A stretch of DNA of 64,000 nt from a virus (IMGVR_UViG_3300020312_000068:18022-82021); one strand, 5' to 3'; numbered from the stretch's first letter, positions 1-9,040 are shown. Numbers and translations: made by a program. Notes: generated by a model not told the origin, from the sequence alone.

Positions 1-114
1 GACGAAACAACAAAACGATACGACAATGCGGTTGTTATTGTCCGTAGCTTCATATTTGCTACTTACCTTATCACTAATTGCTTTATTATTAGTGGTGTCA
101 TTCGGCATTGGTAG
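1..114 (+). CDS. 3' end of small membrane protein (partial)
   Basis: Open frame 1 DETTKRYDNAVVIVRSFIFATYLITNCFIISGVIRHW*, hydrophobic; its stop abuts the next ATG. Confidence 0.7.
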   Translation, partial: DETTKRYDNAVVIVRSFIFATYLITNCFIISGVIRHW

Positions 115-1068
115 ATGAGAGACACAATATTATATGGTGACTGTCGTGAAACTCTTGGTAATCTCAAAGCACAGATTCAAGTGGGTGTTGCTGAGAGACC
201 AAGGATGTGTGTCACATCTCCACCTTATTATGGTTTAAGAAACTATGGTAATGAAGAGAAGCAAATAGGTCAGGAGCAGACTCCTGAAGAATATATCCAA
301 AACTTAGTAAACGTATTCAGGGAGGTTCGAGATGTGCTCGCAGATGATGGAACTTGTTGGCTTAATATTGGCGATAGTTACTATAATTACAGACCTGGAA
401 GGGGACAAGGATTGGTCAAACAGACAGTCTCAAATTCTAAGCAAGACTTACCAGATGTGTGTGCTCGTAGAGGAAATAGACTCGACGGACTCAAAGAAAA
501 AGATTTAATAGGTATACCATGGATGCTCGCATTCGCATTGAGAGCAGACGGATGGTATTTAAGACAGGATATAATATGGCACAAGCCTAATCCTATGCCT
601 GAGTCAGTCAAGGATAGATGTACCAAATCACATGAGTATATCTTTCTATTAACCAAGAACCACAAGTATTATTATAACCATGAAGCAATTAAAGAGAAGG
701 CAGTGGGTGAACGATGGGGTGGTAACACTCCTATTAATATGGATAATACTAAGGATGTTGACAATCAGTTTAGTGGTTTAACAAGACCACGTAAGATGGT
801 GTATGAGAAGAGGAATAGAAGATCAGTGTGGAAGGTAGCTACTAAACCATTTAAAGGAGCACACTTCGCTGTGTTCCCACCTGAGTTGATTGAACCATGT
901 ATCAAGGCAGGATCAGAGGAGGGTGACATCGTACTCGATCCCTTTATGGGCAGTGGTACAACAGCACAAGTGGCACAGTCACTGGATAGACACTGGTTAG
1001 GATGTGAACTACATGAAGAGTACAGTAAAATAATAAACAAGCGAGTACCTGGCAAACTACCCCTTTAG
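115..1068 (+). CDS. beta-class amino (probably N4-C) DNA methyltransferase
   Basis: Catalytic SPPY (CVTSPPYY) lies N-terminal to SAM-binding DPFMGSGT; IIWHKPNPMP and HFAVFP are typical of the N6_N4_Mtase family. Confidence 0.93.
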   Translation: MRDTILYGDCRETLGNLKAQIQVGVAERPRMCVTSPPYYGLRNYGNEEKQIGQEQTPEEYIQNLVNVFREVRDVLADDGTCWLNIGDSYYNYRPGRGQGLVKQTVSNSKQDLPDVCARRGNRLDGLKEKDLIGIPWMLAFALRADGWYLRQDIIWHKPNPMPESVKDRCTKSHEYIFLLTKNHKYYYNHEAIKEKAVGERWGGNTPINMDNTKDVDNQFSGLTRPRKMVYEKRNRRSVWKVATKPFKGAHFAVFPPELIEPCIKAGSEEGDIVLDPFMGSGTTAQVAQSLDRHWLGCELHEEYSKIINKRVPGKLPL

Positions 1069-1126
1069 TGGACGGTTGATAAACTGTCACACTGTTCCCC
1101 CATTTAGAATAATAAGGCTATATTAT
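1068..1126 (+). promoter_or_regulatory. early promoter: palindromic box + -10
   Basis: GTGGACGGTTGATAAACTGTCACAC 1068-1092, TATTAT 1121-1126 (28 nt gap). Confidence 0.65.
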
Positions 1127-1158
1127 ACTATTATACACAACGGAGGGCTACCTTGTTA

Positions 1159-1371
1159 ATGTCACTACACTTCGGAAGACACTTCTGGTTAGATGAGGAG
1201 CATGAGTTATGCTCATGTCCTACATTTACTGATGGTACACCTGATCTAGATCAAACTGATTATGTATCTGAGTGGACTGAACTAGAGGATGTTGACCTAA
1301 GTAAACTTCTTTATGTTCATCGTCAACTTATCACTCAAGACGCAGTAACCTATTATGAGGCAAGAGCATGA
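1159..1371 (+). CDS. hypothetical acidic protein
   Basis: ORF after GGAGG; ATGA overlap with the next gene; start could be TTG 1153. Confidence 0.65.
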   Translation: MSLHFGRHFWLDEEHELCSCPTFTDGTPDLDQTDYVSEWTELEDVDLSKLLYVHRQLITQDAVTYYEARA

Positions 1372-1571
1372 GGTACGCATTAGCAGGACCATACTCATTG
1401 GATTTTAAACCAGTGAATCCACGCTCACGTGCTGGCAAGAACGGTAAACTCTTATTATGTCCACATTGTAAGGGTCTATCAAGAGTATATCATTTCTCAT
1501 GGTCTGCTCTATCATGCCAGACATGTGGCAAATCCATCAACAAATACGACTGGGAGGTCGGACACAAATGA
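1368..1571 (+). CDS. small zinc-ribbon protein
   Basis: CPHC...CQTC; ATGA-coupled on both sides. Confidence 0.7.
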   Translation: MRYALAGPYSLDFKPVNPRSRAGKNGKLLLCPHCKGLSRVYHFSWSALSCQTCGKSINKYDWEVGHK

Positions 1572-1897
1572 AACTAACTATTTCACCCCAAGGTCTAGTA
1601 AACAACAAGGAGTCATGGAACGATGATGTATCCACCCAACAACTCGTACGAACTGCTGTACATACTGTGCTGGAAGAGTTGGATCAAGAGGTTCTCGAAG
1701 AGTGGGAACTAGATGATGGTTCTATTGAAATAGAATCACATCACAACAACGTGATCTACAGAGGCACAGCAAATCCTAATGCTACTAACTCTGAGTTCGA
1801 TGGTTTCCCACCATACTATAACAAGGTCACTGAACCTGTTGAACTAGAGAACGTTACTGATGACTGGTATGATGAGGAGGGTAACTTAATCCCATGA
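1568..1897 (+). CDS. hypothetical acidic protein
   Basis: ATG 1568 after GGAGG overlaps the upstream stop; a better start than 1499. Confidence 0.7.
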   Translation: MKLTISPQGLVNNKESWNDDVSTQQLVRTAVHTVLEELDQEVLEEWELDDGSIEIESHHNNVIYRGTANPNATNSEFDGFPPYYNKVTEPVELENVTDDWYDEEGNLIP

Positions 1898-2460
1898 AAG
1901 CAGGTAGTTTCAATGCCATCACACCACCACTAGATTCACCTAGGATGAGAGATTTCCTTAACAGGTGCCTAGGATTGAAGTGGAAGGAGGGTACAGCACA
2001 TGAACATCAGGTACGTGACATACTTGATGAGATGGAGATAGTGTATGAGTACCAACCTAATGGTTCACAACAGTTCCCTGATTTCAATGTACCATCACGT
2101 TGGGGAACGATACAGTTAGAGTGTAAGAGTAGTCAGCGTGCCAATCCCACATATAATAGTGGGAGACCGCACATGGGTGGACTATACATATTCTGCTCTA
2201 AGAAATACGATCAGACTACCATATTCTATGGTGATGACGTACTCACTCTTGAGAAGAGAGCATTGTATGATGAGTACCTAGCGGAACAGAAGGCACTGTT
2301 GGAGAAGTATCAGGCACGTGCTGACTGGAAAGATGACCGTGGGTTTGACTTTTACAATAGAGAGATGTATACTCAGAGTGGTGGAGCGCAATATACTGAC
2401 TACTTTACCCATAAAGATCGTAAACTATGTGAGGACAATGTATTTCGTAGTTTCAACTAA
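1894..2460 (+). CDS. PD-(D/E)xK restriction-endonuclease-like nuclease
   Basis: QPNGSQQFPDF...IQLECKSS catalytic pattern; overlaps the downstream methyltransferase. Confidence 0.7.
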   Translation: MKAGSFNAITPPLDSPRMRDFLNRCLGLKWKEGTAHEHQVRDILDEMEIVYEYQPNGSQQFPDFNVPSRWGTIQLECKSSQRANPTYNSGRPHMGGLYIFCSKKYDQTTIFYGDDVLTLEKRALYDEYLAEQKALLEKYQARADWKDDRGFDFYNREMYTQSGGAQYTDYFTHKDRKLCEDNVFRSFN

Positions 2461-3319
2461 GTGTGAAGAGCACTTATGGGGATGGGAGGAGAATTCCTTT
2501 CATGCCTGTATCACTGACCCACCATACGGTATGGGCATGGAAGAGTGGGATCATAGTGTCCCAACAGTAGAAATATGGCAAGAAGTATACAGGACACTAA
2601 AACCTGGAGCATTCTTGTTATCATTCTGCTCACCACAGTTGTATCATCGTATGGCATGTGCGGTAGAGGACGCAGGATTTGAGATTAAAGATCAGATCAT
2701 GTGGATGACCACTACTAAGATGCCTAAAGTAAACAGATTGAAACCAGCACATGAACCTATTGTTGTGGCACAGAAACCCACAGAGGGTAGTCTCAAAGAT
2801 AACTTTGAGAAATATGGAGTGGGTTACATTAACACTGTGGATACGAGGATACCATGGGATAAGGATCCACCGAAGGGGTGGGTCGCTCAAGGTGGAAAAC
2901 GTAGAACCTTTGGTAAGGAGGGTAATACGAAAGGTGGTGGAGCTAAGTATGGTACTGTAGATGCTAATCCTGACGGTAGATACCCATCTAATATCATAGG
3001 TGAGGTACAAGAGGAGCACCAGAAGTATTTCTATGCGCCTCGTGCTACTCGTAAAGAGAAGGGAGCAGACAATGACCATCCAACAGTTAAACCAGTATCA
3101 TTGATGGAGTATCTCATCAAGATATACTGTCCACCTAAGGGTATGATATTAGATCCTTTCTGTGGTACAGGCACCACTGGTGTCGCTGCTCTACCCACTG
3201 AACGTAGTTTCTTGGGTATTGAGATGAATCCACATTATGCTGATATCGCAGAGCGACGGTGTGCGGATGCTGAACTGCCCACTGAGTTCTGGCAAGCACC
3301 TGTAGATGAGGTACAATAG
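2438..3319 (+). CDS. beta-class DNA methyltransferase (DPPY)
   Basis: ITDPPYG ... HPTVKP ... DPFCGTGT; start set to ATG 2438 after GAGGA. Confidence 0.92.
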   Translation: MYFVVSTKCEEHLWGWEENSFHACITDPPYGMGMEEWDHSVPTVEIWQEVYRTLKPGAFLLSFCSPQLYHRMACAVEDAGFEIKDQIMWMTTTKMPKVNRLKPAHEPIVVAQKPTEGSLKDNFEKYGVGYINTVDTRIPWDKDPPKGWVAQGGKRRTFGKEGNTKGGGAKYGTVDANPDGRYPSNIIGEVQEEHQKYFYAPRATRKEKGADNDHPTVKPVSLMEYLIKIYCPPKGMILDPFCGTGTTGVAALPTERSFLGIEMNPHYADIAERRCADAELPTEFWQAPVDEVQ

Positions 3320-3323
3320 GCAC

Positions 3324-3488
3324 ATGATTAAATCAAACATGGACGATCCAGTCTATTTCACTAAGACTGAGGTCAAATTCCTTAAGTTCTGCCTATCGCA
3401 GAGCATGGAGTGGGTCTACCACTCAGATAGGGTACAACAGCAAGCTATCATTGCTAAACTGGATCACCTATCGGAGGCACAAGATTAA
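3324..3488 (+). CDS. hypothetical protein
   Basis: Short ORF filling the gap after the methyltransferase; start uncertain. Confidence 0.5.
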   Translation: MIKSNMDDPVYFTKTEVKFLKFCLSQSMEWVYHSDRVQQQAIIAKLDHLSEAQD

Positions 3489-3548
3489 TATGTTGAGGAT
3501 GATGAAACTATTATTTGTAATTTCTGGAGTTTGGTTCTTACACTGGTT

Positions 3549-3998
3549 ATGTCTCATTCCATTTTCTATTCAGGCCATCATCAGCAGAAGCGCATCACAG
3601 ATGCCTTCATTGACTGGTTTGTCCACAAATATATCGGTAAACGGTATAAACTGGACTTCCATGTTGTAACCAAGGGATTAGTCAAAGAGAATCTCTATGG
3701 TGAGATGGGAGTACTGGACAGTTTATCCAGACCGAGACTATTTGAAATAGTAATCCGCTACAACTTGAGTAAGTGGGATTACCTAGTCACACTGGCACAT
3801 GAAATGATACACTGTAAGCAACGTGTATACAAGGAGTATGTGACCAGATATAATAGAAACTATTGGTACAAGTCATTTGTACCTGACTCTGTTCCGTATC
3901 TTGATGAACCATGGGAGGTTGAGGCACGGAAGTGGGAGTATTACTTAGCACATGAGTCCATAAGACAAGGGATAATTACCACAGTGACACCTGAATAA
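3549..3998 (+). CDS. HExxH zincin/SprT-like metalloprotein
   Basis: TLAHEMIHCKQ plus downstream PWEVEA. Confidence 0.75.
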   Translation: MSHSIFYSGHHQQKRITDAFIDWFVHKYIGKRYKLDFHVVTKGLVKENLYGEMGVLDSLSRPRLFEIVIRYNLSKWDYLVTLAHEMIHCKQRVYKEYVTRYNRNYWYKSFVPDSVPYLDEPWEVEARKWEYYLAHESIRQGIITTVTPE

Positions 3999-4041
3999 GT
4001 GTCCACAATACCATGATTCCTCGTTAGTTTGCCCTTATAAT
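3984..4041 (+). promoter_or_regulatory. early promoter: palindromic box + -10
   Basis: GTGACACCTGAATAAGTGTCCAC 3984-4006, TATAAT 4036-4041 (29 nt gap). Confidence 0.75.
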
Positions 4042-4063
4042 AGGGACACTAACGAGGTTTTTA

Positions 4064-5290
4064 ATGCTTTCATTACGTCCACATCAAGTAAGGACAATCA
4101 ACAGTATGAGAACTGTTGATAAGGGTACAATATACATTCCTACTGGTGGTGGTAAGACAAGGTGTATGATTGAGGATCTAAAGTTCAGACTCAGTGGTGC
4201 TACAGATAAGATCACAGTTGTGGTCGCACCACGTATCATGCTTGCTCTACAATTAGCAAATGAGTTTGACACAGCATTAAATGAGGAGCGTTACGTTATT
4301 GGTCATGTACACAGTGGTGAGACTGATGACTGGTGCTCTACAGATACAGATGAGATACGCAATTTCTTAGAGGGAGCGATCTCATTTGGTAACAATCCCA
4401 TCATATTCTCTACATATCATTCACTTCACAAGTTGGTTGAGGCAGGTGTGTATGCTGATCATGTATACTATGATGAAGCACACAATAGTACTCAGCGTAA
4501 TTTCTTCCCAACTGTAGCATCATTCAAGACTACACACGCATATTATTTCACTGCTACACCAAAGAATAGTTCTAAGCACGCACGTGGTATGAACAATGAG
4601 GATGTGTATGGACAGAATATCATCACAGTTGATGCTAATGAGTTACTAGACTGTGGAGCGATCATCCCACCAACAGTACAAGTACATACTATTGACACTG
4701 TTCGCACTAAGAAAGAGATAGCAAACATTGATGCTACCACTGTTATACGTGTTGTTGATAATGGTGACGCAGAGAAGGTGCTCGTTGCTGCCCCATCAGC
4801 ACGTATCATCAACAGAATGATAGCACATACTGATCTATTCATGGAGTTAAAAGCACGTGGATACACAGTATTACGCATCACATCTAAGCATGGAGCATTT
4901 ATTGATGCTAAGAAGGTGAATAGAAAGGAGTTCTTCAAGCAGTTACACATCATGGGTGCGGATAAGAATGCTAAATTCATCCTCTTCCACTATTCTATAC
5001 TCTCTGAGGGTATCAATGTTGCGGGACTAACTAATGTAATCCTGCTACGTAACCTAGGTGTGGTTGAAATGGCGCAGACTATTGGTCGTGTGATCCGCTT
5101 AGATAAGGAGGATTCACAGAATATAAATGATGGCACACTTAAACCACGTGCTTATCAGAACTATATCAAACCAACTGGAATTGTATCTGTACCAGTGTAT
5201 ACTAACCACAATAAGAACACTGCTACAAGAGTACAAAGAACAGTTAATACTATCTTCAATGAGGGTAAACCAGCAACAGCATGGATATAA
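4064..5290 (+). CDS. SF2 DEAH-box helicase (ResIII-like)
   Basis: LRPHQ, PTGGGKT, DEAH, TATP, LSEGINV and QTIGRVIR motifs. Confidence 0.9.
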   Translation: MLSLRPHQVRTINSMRTVDKGTIYIPTGGGKTRCMIEDLKFRLSGATDKITVVVAPRIMLALQLANEFDTALNEERYVIGHVHSGETDDWCSTDTDEIRNFLEGAISFGNNPIIFSTYHSLHKLVEAGVYADHVYYDEAHNSTQRNFFPTVASFKTTHAYYFTATPKNSSKHARGMNNEDVYGQNIITVDANELLDCGAIIPPTVQVHTIDTVRTKKEIANIDATTVIRVVDNGDAEKVLVAAPSARIINRMIAHTDLFMELKARGYTVLRITSKHGAFIDAKKVNRKEFFKQLHIMGADKNAKFILFHYSILSEGINVAGLTNVILLRNLGVVEMAQTIGRVIRLDKEDSQNINDGTLKPRAYQNYIKPTGIVSVPVYTNHNKNTATRVQRTVNTIFNEGKPATAWI

Positions 5291-5321
5291 CCCTTAGAGA
5301 CGCTTCTAGAGGTCACACAGA

Positions 5322-5903
5322 ATGATTAATACCATGTTCTCAATACCATTAATTCACTACAATGTGGATAGATGGTTGTATAAAAGAAATAAACTACTCG
5401 ATCTCATTCCCCACGATGATATGACGCTAGGGGATGAGACTGTAGTATCAAATTATCAAGGTGCTAACAATCAGTGCGCGTTGATACAAACTATACTAGA
5501 GGATGAGATTAAACTATTCAACAGACAGTTGAACTGTAACGCACAAATAGTAAGAGCATGGTTTGAACAAGCAGATAATAGTATGTTTCATCCACCCCAT
5601 ACACATGGTCATGGAGGATGGAGCGCAGTATTATTCTTAGACTATAATCCTGAGCACCATACACCCACCATATTCATCAGTCCATTCAATCATTTCATTG
5701 ATGGATCGCAATTACAATACAGACCAGAGTGTAAGGAGGGAGATCTTATACTATTTCCTAGTATGCTATTACATTACACACTACCTAACACATCAAATGT
5801 GCGTAGAACAGTGTGTTCATTCAATCTAACAGTGGATATGGATAATATCCCACTCGCATGGACACCTGAGATAGTGTCCACTGATCCACCACAAGCATCC
5901 TAA
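5322..5903 (+). CDS. 2OG-Fe(II) oxygenase-like protein
   Basis: HPPHTH, WSAVLFL, EGDLILFPSMLLH, RTVCSFN cupin pattern. Confidence 0.85.
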   Translation: MINTMFSIPLIHYNVDRWLYKRNKLLDLIPHDDMTLGDETVVSNYQGANNQCALIQTILEDEIKLFNRQLNCNAQIVRAWFEQADNSMFHPPHTHGHGGWSAVLFLDYNPEHHTPTIFISPFNHFIDGSQLQYRPECKEGDLILFPSMLLHYTLPNTSNVRRTVCSFNLTVDMDNIPLAWTPEIVSTDPPQAS

Positions 5904-5915
5904 AAGCGTTATAAT
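5859..5915 (+). promoter_or_regulatory. early promoter: palindromic box + -10
   Basis: TGGACACCTGAGATAGTGTCCAC 5859-5881, TATAAT 5910-5915 (28 nt gap). Confidence 0.75.
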
Positions 5916-5919
5916 ACAT

Positions 5920-5984
5920 GTATGGAAGGCAAGGGTGACGGATACCACACCAGAACACGTCTTTAAATCGAACCTCTTCCATAC
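5920..5984 (+). ncRNA. candidate structured 5' leader RNA (copy 1)
   Basis: 9-bp stem GTATGGAAG/CTTCCATAC near the predicted TSS, inner GGTG/CACC helix, TCGAAC before the 3' arm. Confidence 0.5.
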
Positions 5985-6005
5985 CTATTCACTTGCTATT
6001 ATCCA

Positions 6006-6137
6006 ATGAGCATCGTTAACCCAACAGTTCACCCATCATTTGTGTTCTACGCATTCAGATCATGCCAGAACGGTAATGACATCCTACAGCGTATTGATGA
6101 TTTGATTCTTGACAATGTATTTGTTGGTGCTAGATAA
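6006..6137 (+). CDS. 43-aa microprotein
   Basis: MSIVNPTVHPSFVFYAFRSCQNGNDILQRIDDLILDNVFVGAR*, first ORF after the promoter/leader; below the ORF-track cutoff. Confidence 0.6.
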   Translation: MSIVNPTVHPSFVFYAFRSCQNGNDILQRIDDLILDNVFVGAR

Positions 6138-6156
6138 CAGTAATCACTGAGGTTAA

Positions 6157-6399
6157 ATGCCCAGACAATATCCTTTCTCAAGAGGAGATTATGTTCAAGT
6201 AGATGGGGAGGAGGGATACATTAATTGTATCTCTCCCCATTACTTTACTCTCACTACGCACCAGTGGGAAGCGCCTGGTACTCTACACGGAGTAAGACAA
6301 GTCAATGTACTTATCTTCAGGCATCTTTGGCCTAACATCATTTTCATTTCTAAACATCATGTGGATTCCGATGAACACGATTCAGATCAAGGCATGTGA
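6157..6399 (+). CDS. hypothetical protein (SH3/KOW-like pattern)
   Basis: GAGG RBS; FSRGDYVQVDGEEGYI beta pattern. Confidence 0.65.
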   Translation: MPRQYPFSRGDYVQVDGEEGYINCISPHYFTLTTHQWEAPGTLHGVRQVNVLIFRHLWPNIIFISKHHVDSDEHDSDQGM

Positions 6400-6568
6400 C
6401 CAAGAGGTACACGTCGCCATAGAAAAGAAGAGAAGAGGATATTATTGGAGTTATGAACATCTAAACAAGTTCTATGGTCCATTCAAGGGCAAAGAAGATT
6501 GTTTAACTGATGCTCGCACGTATAGCAGGTATGGTACTACAAATAAACAACTCATTTCATCAACCTAG
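6371..6568 (+). CDS. hypothetical protein
   Basis: MNTIQIK...GYYWSY...YGPF; start inferred. Confidence 0.55.
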   Translation: MNTIQIKACDQEVHVAIEKKRRGYYWSYEHLNKFYGPFKGKEDCLTDARTYSRYGTTNKQLISST

Positions 6569-7124
6569 TGATGTAGAAAGAAGACTGTTAGTAATAGATC
6601 GTTTCAAGGATATAATACTACAGGAGTTCTTACCACTAACACTGGAGTTCAAAGACCTATCAACTTACCAAGATGATTACATTAACAGTAATGGTCAAGG
6701 GTATACGATAGGTCTTGAACAGTATGAAAAAGCAAAAGAACAAGACAGTGGATGGGCAATAGCACCATTATGGTATGATGATTATGAGTATACACGTAAC
6801 AGTATGCTCATGCCCAAGACAACTAAACTATTGAAGTGGATAGGACATACAACGTATGCTGGCATAACAGCATTACATCCTGATCATGGACTAGACTGGC
6901 ACCATGATGATGATCCATTTCCTAACAAGTTACAGATGAGAGTATTCTATACTCTAAAGACATGCGGAGGATCATACATTGAGGTAGAGGAGACAGAGAA
7001 GAGGATTAAGAAGAGGTACTTCAAAGAACAAGAATACATCATATTTCATAGTAAGAAGAGACACAGAGTATGGAACGAAGGTATTCTACCAAGGTATTCT
7101 CTTGTAATTGACGTTTTGAAATAA
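6531..7124 (+). CDS. Asp/Asn beta-hydroxylase-like 2OG-Fe(II) oxygenase
   Basis: WHHDD (HxD), HRVWNEG, RYSLVIDV C-terminal pattern. Confidence 0.75.
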   Translation: MVLQINNSFHQPSDVERRLLVIDRFKDIILQEFLPLTLEFKDLSTYQDDYINSNGQGYTIGLEQYEKAKEQDSGWAIAPLWYDDYEYTRNSMLMPKTTKLLKWIGHTTYAGITALHPDHGLDWHHDDDPFPNKLQMRVFYTLKTCGGSYIEVEETEKRIKKRYFKEQEYIIFHSKKRHRVWNEGILPRYSLVIDVLK

Positions 7125-7275
7125 ATGTTTAATTAAATGTGTATGGGCGTAGATACTCTTGGATAGTATCCTGAGAATAAAGGGTGCTTATTGAGAATAA
7201 ATCAGCGGAAATGCTAGTAAACATGCGGTGTCGTTGTGGTCTAAGGCCGTCGCCTACCAAAAGTCAAGCAGCCTT

Positions 7276-7333
7276 GTGATACTTTTTAAAGTGTCCACCT
7301 TTTGCCCAAAACTGAGACTTTTGGCCTTATAAT
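7276..7333 (+). promoter_or_regulatory. early promoter: palindromic box + -10
   Basis: GTGATACTTTTTAAAGTGTCCAC 7276-7298, TATAAT 7328-7333 (29 nt gap). Confidence 0.7.
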
Positions 7334-7361
7334 TAGTTTATAGTCAATCAGAGAGTTTCCA

Positions 7362-7655
7362 ATGGCAACGGCCAAAAGTGGCACAAAACCGAGAAAGCGC
7401 AGAGTTTCACCAAAAAAGGTGAAAGATGTGACTTTTGACGTTTCTGAGATTTCTACAGCTATTAACATAATAGCCATAAAAGATCAGAAAGTGTGTATAA
7501 CCTTCCAAGGTCAAGAAAAGGAGTATGTTTACAACTATTCTGACAACTTGGCAGCTTTTGTGAAAGAGTTAGAAAAGTTCACAAAAGAGCAACATCTATC
7601 ATTAGGGAAATACTTTAACGGTTTAGTTAAAGACGGCAAACTCACTCAGAGCTGA
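7362..7655 (+). CDS. basic-tailed KTSC-like protein
   Basis: Lys/Arg-rich N-tail; STAI...ITF...EYVY...SLGKYFN resembles the KTSC domain. Confidence 0.6.
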   Translation: MATAKSGTKPRKRRVSPKKVKDVTFDVSEISTAINIIAIKDQKVCITFQGQEKEYVYNYSDNLAAFVKELEKFTKEQHLSLGKYFNGLVKDGKLTQS

Positions 7656-7840
7656 TGAAAATGGCTAAAAGCTATAAGAACAGGAGAAATCCTGGAAAGC
7701 AGTCGTTTGGCCAGAAAAAGAGAGAATACTTTGAAAGTATGGATCTCATGGATTCTGGTTACATTGACAAAATGTCCAATAAAACACGTATTCAGGCAAA
7801 TTGTGACCTAGAATACGACGACCCCAACGATTACGACTAA
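7655..7840 (+). CDS. hypothetical protein
   Basis: Coupled ORF, basic N-terminus and acidic C-terminus. Confidence 0.65.
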   Translation: MKMAKSYKNRRNPGKQSFGQKKREYFESMDLMDSGYIDKMSNKTRIQANCDLEYDDPNDYD

Positions 7841-7842
7841 CC

Positions 7843-8025
7843 ATGGACTATAGCACAACCGTCACACACTACCATGCAGGACTGTTGAGTCCTGATGAAT
7901 GTGTCAAAATGATACAATTTCTTCTAGACACGGACAAACTCCTGGAATTCCCAGAATTGTTCGAGGTCTCAGATTATTATATCATGGAAGGATTGTGCTA
8001 TTATGTCCCTAGTCCAGTTGAATAA
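7843..8025 (+). CDS. hypothetical protein
   Basis: Abuts the previous ORF. Confidence 0.65.
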   Translation: MDYSTTVTHYHAGLLSPDECVKMIQFLLDTDKLLEFPELFEVSDYYIMEGLCYYVPSPVE

Positions 8026-8064
8026 TTGACCACAGTCAGCTGGATTTTTTAGATCCAGCGCGAT

Positions 8065-8238
8065 TCAGTCTTCAAATTTGAGTTCGTGCTCTGCTTCAAT
8101 GACTGATTCCCAGAGGGAGTCGAATGCGTCATCGTGAGCAGGTGGCAAGTCTAAACCTGCCAACTCGCTGAACACCTCGCACAGGAGTGCATGCTGTGCT
8201 GAGTTGAGTCTGATCGTGAAGAGGTCGTTGATTTCCAT
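8065..8238 (-). CDS. 57-aa acidic microprotein, probably leaderless
   Basis: MEINDLFTIRLNSAQHALLCEVFSELAGLDLPPAHDDAFDSLWESVIEAEHELKFED*; ATG sits 6 nt after the -10. Confidence 0.7.
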   Translation of the reverse strand: MEINDLFTIRLNSAQHALLCEVFSELAGLDLPPAHDDAFDSLWESVIEAEHELKFED

Positions 8239-8244
8239 GTCTTA

Positions 8245-8301
8245 ATAATACACGAAAATGGGGACTAGAAAGCAAAAAAGGGACAGTATCTCAACTGTCC
8301 C
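8245..8301 (-). promoter_or_regulatory. early promoter (minus strand)
   Basis: GGGACAGTATCTCAACTGTCCC 8280-8301; TATTAT 8250-8245 (29 nt gap). Confidence 0.7.
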
Positions 8302-8318
8302 TAGGCAGCTGGAATTTT

Positions 8319-8477
8319 TCATTCCAGCGTTGTTATTGTGCCCTCGCTGACGATGATTCCATCTGCATAGTAGGAATCGAAATACGATTCCAACTCTTCT
8401 TGCAGGTGTCTCCATTGTACAGACTCTTCAACAGGCACGGAGATGTCAAAGCAAACTCTGAATTTCTCTACTGACAT
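8319..8477 (-). CDS. 52-aa acidic microprotein
   Basis: MSVEKFRVCFDISVPVEESVQWRHLQEELESYFDSYY...; overlaps the upstream stop. Confidence 0.6.
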   Translation of the reverse strand: MSVEKFRVCFDISVPVEESVQWRHLQEELESYFDSYYADGIIVSEGTITTLE

Positions 8478-8614
8478 AGATCCTCAAACCTGCGAAGGAT
8501 TTCAATTTGAATGTCCTCTTGGGACATCATGGCGAGGTTGCCTGTTTCGGTTGCCTCTTGCATGACATCCTCATAAAGACTTTCAAGGATGGATTCGTGA
8601 TGAAGGGTGCTCAT
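8468..8614 (-). CDS. 48-aa acidic microprotein
   Basis: MSTLHHESILESLYEDVMQEATETGNLAMMSQEDIQIEILRRFEDLCQ*; ATGA coupling. Confidence 0.7.
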   Translation of the reverse strand: MSTLHHESILESLYEDVMQEATETGNLAMMSQEDIQIEILRRFEDLCQ

Positions 8615-8754
8615 GAATAATCGAAGGGTGAAGGTTCAGTAATTTTCTCAAAGAGGGAATGATATGCAGCGTCCTCTTCGAGGTGAGGCGGAAGACCTAA
8701 ATCTTGAATGAAAAGAATTGCATTCACGAGTGCGGTTTCTTCTGCCTCGGTCAT
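8611..8754 (-). CDS. 47-aa acidic microprotein
   Basis: MTEAEETALVNAILFIQDLGLPPHLEEDAAYHSLFEKITEPSPFDYS*; GAGGG upstream. Confidence 0.65.
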   Translation of the reverse strand: MTEAEETALVNAILFIQDLGLPPHLEEDAAYHSLFEKITEPSPFDYS

Positions 8755-8765
8755 TCGTAATTCCC

Positions 8766-9014
8766 TCACGCTGCCACCCCCTCAGGGTGGCAAAGGTCAA
8801 CGATGGTTTGCTGAGTCACTTCACGCACTGAGTCCACGTGCTTGAAATACTGATTGATGTGCTTGCTCGTAGTACGAGAGTAGTACACGTCAGTTTTGAA
8901 GTGTCCGAGGTCAAGAGAGAATCCTGCTACGGGTGTCTCATAAGAGAATAGTACAGAAGTACCATTGTTGAATGAGAGTTCAGTTTGGTTTGCACCGAGT
9001 TGTCTTAGGATCAT
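8766..9014 (-). CDS. phage hypothetical protein
   Basis: LFSYETPVAG...YSRTTSKHINQY; first gene after the minus-strand promoter. Confidence 0.75.
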   Translation of the reverse strand: MILRQLGANQTELSFNNGTSVLFSYETPVAGFSLDLGHFKTDVYYSRTTSKHINQYFKHVDSVREVTQQTIVDLCHPEGVAA

Positions 9015-9040
9015 TTTAGTCCGATTTGGTTGACTCTTTT

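Noticed and set aside
2318-2437. GTG-start extension of the second methyltransferase
   Set aside because: It would overlap the nuclease by 143 nt; ATG 2438 has an RBS and gives a normal N-terminus.
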